Source: Schmidtea polychroa (lineage: Eukaryota). Taken from it: a stretch of DNA of 64,000 bases. The translations under genes were made by a program, and so were the position numbers. The notes under the pieces were generated by a model. That model had not been told where the DNA came from. It did no database searches and saw only the letters and a list, made by a program, of their open reading frames with translations. Position 1 is the first letter of the stretch. Each line of letters opens with the position of its first letter. This document shows, piece after piece, positions 58,290-64,000 of the stretch. The stretch lies in the NCBI GenBank assembly GCA_044892525.1, contig CM097885.1, positions 238,330,001-238,394,000 of the forward strand, read 5' to 3'.

Positions 58290-59120
58290 ATCACACTATA
58301 GTGAGAGGGTCTTGATGGTCCTGGGAATTTCTATACAAAAATCCGACTATCAATAAAAAAAAGCTGGTCTACACTAAAAAAGCCAAGGAATTTTCAGACT
58401 ATAGTGAGGAGGTCTCGATGGTCCTGGGATTTTCAATACAAAAAAAAAAATTTCTATACAAAAATCCGACTACCACTAAAAAGCATGGAATTTTCAGACT
58501 ATAGTGAGGGGGTCTCGATGGTCCTGGGATTTTCAATACAAATTAAATTTTTCAATACAAAAATCCGACTATCAATAAAAAAGTCAAGGATTTATCAGAC
58601 TATAGTGAGGGGGTCTCGATGGTCCTAGGATTTTCAATACAAATAAAATTTTTTCAATACAAAAACGATGGTCCTGGGATTTTCAATACAAAAAATTTTT
58701 TTCTATACAAAAATCCGACTATCAATAAAAAAGCATGGTAATTTAAGGTCTCAGGATATTTTCAATACAAAAAGCCGGTCTACACTAAAAAAGCCAAGGA
58801 TTTTTCAGACTATAGTGAGGTGAGTCTCCTTGGTCCTGAGAAATAGGTGGTCTACACTAAAAAAAACGTGGTAATTTAAGGTCTCAGGATATTTTCAATA
58901 CAAAAATCCGACTACCACTAAAAAAGCCAAGGAATTTTCAGACTATAGTGAGGTGAGTCTTCAATAAAGAAGCATGGTAATTTAAGGTCTCAGGATATTT
59001 TCAATACAAAAATCCGACTATCAATAAAAAAGCATAGATTTTTCGAATTAAATTAAGGTGGGTCTCCTTGGTCCTGAGAATTTCAATAGACAAAGGTGGT
59101 CTACACTAAAAAACGTGGTA
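58290..59120. repeat. Tandem array of about 110-bp units (TTTTCAGACTATAGTGAGG...GGTCCTGGGATTTTCAATAC...ATCCGACTA)
   Basis: Direct reading. Confidence 0.9.
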
Positions 59121-60090
59121 AATTTTTTAAAATTACAGTAAATTATGGGTCTAAAAATTGAATTACAGTAAATTATGGACTAAGATTTTTAAATTACAGT
59201 AAATTATGGTCCAAATTTTTCAATTAAAGTAAATTATGGTTCAAATTTTTCAAATAAGGTAATTATGGTCCTAAAAAATTAAATTACAGTAAATTATGGT
59301 TCTAAAAAATTAAATTACAGTAAATAATGGTCTAAAAAAAAATTAAATTACAGTAAATTACGGTCCAAATTTTAAAATTACAGTAAATTATGGTCCAAAT
59401 TTTTGAATTAAAGTAAATTATGGGCTTAGATTTTTCAATTAAAGTAATGAATGGGCTCAAATAACTAAATTAAGGTTCAAAATTTTAAATTAAAGTAAAT
59501 AATGGTCCTAAAAATTAAATTAAAGTTAATTATGGTCCTAAAAAATTAAATTAAGGTTCATATTTTCGAATTAAAGTAATTAATGGGCTCAGATTTTTCA
59601 ATTAAAGTAAATAATGGCTCAAATTTTTCAAATTACAGTAAATAATGGTTCTAAAAAATTAAATTAAAGTAAATTATGGTTCTAAAAATTAAATTAAAGT
59701 AAATTATGGTTCTAAAAAAATTAAATTACAGTAAATTATGGTTCTAAAAAATTAAATTAAAGTAAATTATGGTCCAAATTTAAAAATTAAGTAATCAATG
59801 GTAAAAAAATTAAATTAAAGTAATAATATTTAAATAAGTAATGTAATATGTAAATTAAAGTAAGATTTTTAAATTTATTAACAAAAAGTTGAAATAATAG
59901 AAGGTGTTTGAGAATTGAAATTTTTTTAATGAAAATTTTCAATGGTAATTTTTAATGGAAATTTTTATGGAATATTTTTTTAAGTAATTTTTAATGGAAA
60001 TTTTTATGAAATATTTTTCAATGATAATTTTAGATGGAAATTTTTAAGATAATTTTTAATGAAAATTTTAATGAAATATTTTTCAAAGAC
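59120..60090. repeat. About 30-bp minisatellites (AAATTACAGTAAATTATGGTCC..., then AATTTTTAATGGAAAT...)
   Basis: Direct reading. Confidence 0.9.
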
Positions 60091-60104
60091 AAATTTTATT
60101 AATA

Positions 60105-61060
60105 ATTCAACAACAAACTAACAACTTAGTACCAACAACCAGTAACTTACGAACATGTAGTTACAACCAGATACCTACAACTAGATACTAACAACTAGAT
60201 ACTAAGTACTAACAACCAACAACAACTAGGTACTAAGCATTATTAACCAACTACTAAGTACTAACAACCAACCACCTACCAAGTACTAACAACCAACTAT
60301 CAACCAGATACCAAGTACCAACAATCAACTAACAACACATAAAAATAATTGCAATTAAATACAAAATATTCTTCATCAAATACAATATCTTCTTATCAAA
60401 ATCTAAAAAATCAACCAACTACTTACAACCTACCAAGTACTTACAACCACCTACCTATTAACTAGTTACAACCAGCTAACAACCAGTTACCTGATACTAA
60501 GTACCTACAACCACCTACTAAGTACCAACAACCAGCTAAAAACTAACAACTAGATACCAAGTACTCACAACCAACAACAACCAGGTACTAAGCATTATTA
60601 ACCAACTACTAAGTACTAACAACCAACCACCTACCAAGTACTAACAACCAACATCAACCAGGTACTAAGCATTAATTACCAACAACCACCTACCTATTAA
60701 CTAGTTACAACCAGCTAACAACCAGTTACCTGATACTAAGTACCTACAACCAACATCAACCAGGTACTAAGCATTAATTACCAACTACTAAGTACCTACA
60801 ACCAACTAACAACCACCTACCAAGTACTAAGCATTATCAACCAACTACTAAGTACCTACAACCAACTAGCTACCACCTACCAAGTACTAACAACCAGTTA
60901 CCAACTACTAAGCATTAATTACCTACAACTAGTTACTAACAACTAGCTACCAAGTACATACAACCAGACACTAAGCATTATCAACCAAGTACTAACAACC
61001 AAGTACAAGATACCTAGTACTGTCAACTAGATACCAAACACTTACAACCAGATGACCACA
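60105..61060. repeat. C/A-rich strand-asymmetric repeat (ACAACCAACTACTAAGTACT modules)
   Basis: Direct reading; the 60310-60430 block recurs at 62140-62260. Confidence 0.85.
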
Positions 61061-61336
61061 TGAAATTATTGGTTAAATATGAAAATAAGGGTTATAATTA
61101 GTTGTTAAGTAAATTATGGTGTAAAATTAAGAAATAAAGAATAATTAGGTAAATTAAAGTTAAAAATTTTAAATAAGTAAATTAAGATTCAAAATTTAAA
61201 ATTAAGTATCCAATGGTTCAAATTTTAAATTAAAGCTAAATAAGTAAATTAAAGTAAGATTTTTAAATTTATTATCAAAAGATTGAATAACCACCAACTT
61301 TTTTGAGAAATGTAATTTATAATGAAAATTTAAATG

Positions 61337-61411
<75 letters not shown>

Positions 61412-62859
61412 TAATAATAATTAAACAGTTACCAACAATCGGTTACTGATTATTTTTTAACTAGGTGCTAACAAATACTTACAACTAGATACCACGTACT
61501 AACTAACTCTCAAACAACCAGATACTTACAACTAACTACTAAATATTCTTTATTGTATTTTATGAAATGCTTTTTAAATTAATATTTTTTATACAGCTTC
61601 TATAATAATTTTAATTACAATCAGTAAAAAAACCTTTTCAAAATGTCTAAATTTAACAAAAATGTTGATTTTCATCAAAAAACCAGAACTCAACCACTTT
61701 AAAACACCACGTGGAATTCAAAATAATTACAATGAAAGACTAATGAATTCTAATTTACAAAACATTCTTCTTTTAAATGATAACTACTGACTTATTATTG
61801 CAAAGTAAAAATCACATTCAATAAATACTTATTATTGATCAGTTTTATTATATATACTCTGAGTTTATCCGACAGGATGTTTTGACCCCCTAAGGGTACA
61901 GGTCGTAAGGGTATTAGTCGTAAGGGTACTGGTCGTAAAGGTACTAGTCGTAGGGGTATTGGTAACACTTAACCACAACCTATCCATTAACTAGCTACTA
62001 AGTACTAACCACTAGGTTTCAAACAACAACTACTAACAACCACCATCAAAACCCATCGAGAAATTAACAAATATCAACCTACAACTATATAACAATCAGT
62101 AAACAACACTGTACCAACTACCAAATACAAGATACCAACAACTTAGTACCAACAATCAACTAACAACACATAAAAATAATAGCAATTAAATACAAAATAT
62201 TCTTCATCGCATACACTATTTTCTTATCAAAATCTAAAAAGTCAACCAACTACTTACAACTAACAACTATGTACTAACAAATTGATCTTTAAAAGAAAAT
62301 ACTCATCACTTGAAAAATTAGATGGAAAATTAATTGAACTCAAGACATCAATAACTTGGTAAAAATTGATTAAATAATTGTAAAAATTTAAATTATTCGA
62401 AATAAATATCATAAAAATTAAATTAATGGACAAAAAAAATTCTAGTCATCCAGTAAATAAAAAAAAATATTGATCATTCAAGTTATTATGAATCAACTAA
62501 GATAATAAATTAATAAAAATTTTGAAATAAGATCTAGAAGATAATTGATTTAGATTGAATAAATTAATTGAAATAAAATTAATTTTAATTATTTTTTTAA
62601 AAGTAATACATGTACTCAAATTGATTGACTGATTTCTCAATATATTCAAAAAATCAGTATAAATTCATTACAATTATCAAAGTCAGCAATCTACAATAAA
62701 AATAATTATCATTAAATTCCAAGAGAGACTAGAAAACTAATGATAACATCTAATAAACCAGTAAATTCATTTAAATAGCAATAATTGGTATATCCAAGTG
62801 AATTCTCTAATAAAACCATCTAAAAAGAATCATTTTCCCTGAAATATATCAATATTTAA

Positions 62860-63950
62860 AGATTGGTATTGTAATGATAAATACTTGTTAAAGATCATAT
62901 ATTCACCTCAAACTAACAAGATTCCTTAAAATCCCTTAAATGACTATATTTCAACCCTTAATTCGTATTATTACAAATATCATCTAAAAAGCATCAAATT
63001 TCATTGAAATAACTCTATCCTTAAAGATTGATATCTTAATGATAAGTACCCTTAAAAGATCATATATTCACCTCAAACTAACAAGATTCCTTAAAATCCC
63101 TTAAATGACTATAATTCTAACTTTAATTCATATTATCATACGTTTCACTATTGATAAAACCAGTTATAATTAAATTTTTATTCTAAAAATAAATCACTGT
63201 ACTCGAAATTTAAAATAAATATAACTGACTAGGTCCCATTAAAAGATTAAATTTATCCATTCAATAAAATATATTTCTTCAAATGATCATTTTTACCAAT
63301 ATTCAACCGATTTAATTACTAATTAAAATCAAGATTTCTTTCAATAAAGATCAATTTTATTTAGTTGTTGTCGATGTTTTAAGTCCATATTTCTCAACTT
63401 TTGTCATTCTCCGCTTAAATAAATAAAAAAAAATAATTTAAAGTTGAAGTCAATCCCAATTATTTGTAAAGATTTCATTGTCAAAACCAAGTAAATCGAT
63501 CATTAACCCTACTTAAAAAAACATAAGTCAATGAATTATACAATGGATTAATCACAACCTAATAAAACGATATAATTATTATTGATACATAACTGACTAA
63601 TTGACATTTCCCTTAAAACAATGATATTTTACCAACATCACCATTAAAAAAATCATATATTCCCATCTTAACCCATGTCTCATTAAATTTAACCGACTAT
63701 ATTCCCATCTTAACCCATCCTTCATTAAATTCAATCGACTATATCTCCCTTACAATGATATATTTCCATCTTATCTGATCTCTCATTAAATCTAACCGAC
63801 TATATCTCCCTTACAATGATATATTCCCATCTTAACCCATCCCTCATTAAATTTAATAACCGACAATATCCCATCTTATCCGATCTCTCAGCAAATATTT
63901 CTACCCTTTTAAACATCTATCCGATTATATCCCTTATTTTCCCTAAAGAT
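62860..63950. repeat. About 170-bp duplication (62860-63130) and CCGACTATA...CCCATCTTA...TCATTAAAT array (63650-63950)
   Basis: Direct reading. Confidence 0.8.
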
Positions 63951-64000
63951 TTCACCCACTTGAGCCCTTTAATATATATCAATCCTCTTAAAATCCTCAG

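Larger units (their letters stand above)
58153..64000. mobile_element. Probable left arm of a second Maverick/Polinton-like element with long subterminal tandem arrays
   Basis: Begins AGTAGGTAGATAGTGGCCTACGGGAACAATTACCCCCCCCC, resembling the TIR text at 2005 and 3050; the other end is not in the window. Confidence 0.5.

Noticed and set aside
58290..59830. CRISPR-like or telomeric arrays
   Set aside because: No unique spacers and no TTAGGG-type runs; ordinary tandem repeats

Overview
AT-rich, repeat-dense animal (eukaryotic) genomic DNA. Very short 43-60 nt introns, AAT/AT microsatellites and the transposon mix suggest a planarian/triclad flatworm (inference only). Host genes, both on the minus strand: (1) a three-Ig-domain Lachesin/DIP/IgLON-like adhesion gene, with 6 in-phase exons found between 204 and 27416 and both termini unresolved; (2) a complete 14-exon Dymeclin gene (57474-52617, 655 aa). 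The rest is mostly nested transposons: a Maverick/Polinton remnant with TIRs and a 6-bp TSD (2005-8355) carrying Tigger, LTR and hammerhead-like inserts; an internally deleted Ty3/gypsy element (33511-37513) plus its solo LTR; four copies of a large TGTTGG...CCA(A/C)CA solo-LTR-like family; a split Penelope-like element; a full-length hAT with an 8-bp TSD; SPIN/GTF2IRD2-type hAT, mariner and piggyBac relics; several MITEs; and probably the left arm of a second Maverick with about 5.8 kb of tandem repeats (58153 to the end). The most striking observation is an intron-retaining, decayed copy of MANF/ARMET lying antisense inside a 6.3-kb LTR-like element. That LTR family also appears to carry a conserved TATA / first exon / splice-donor module.
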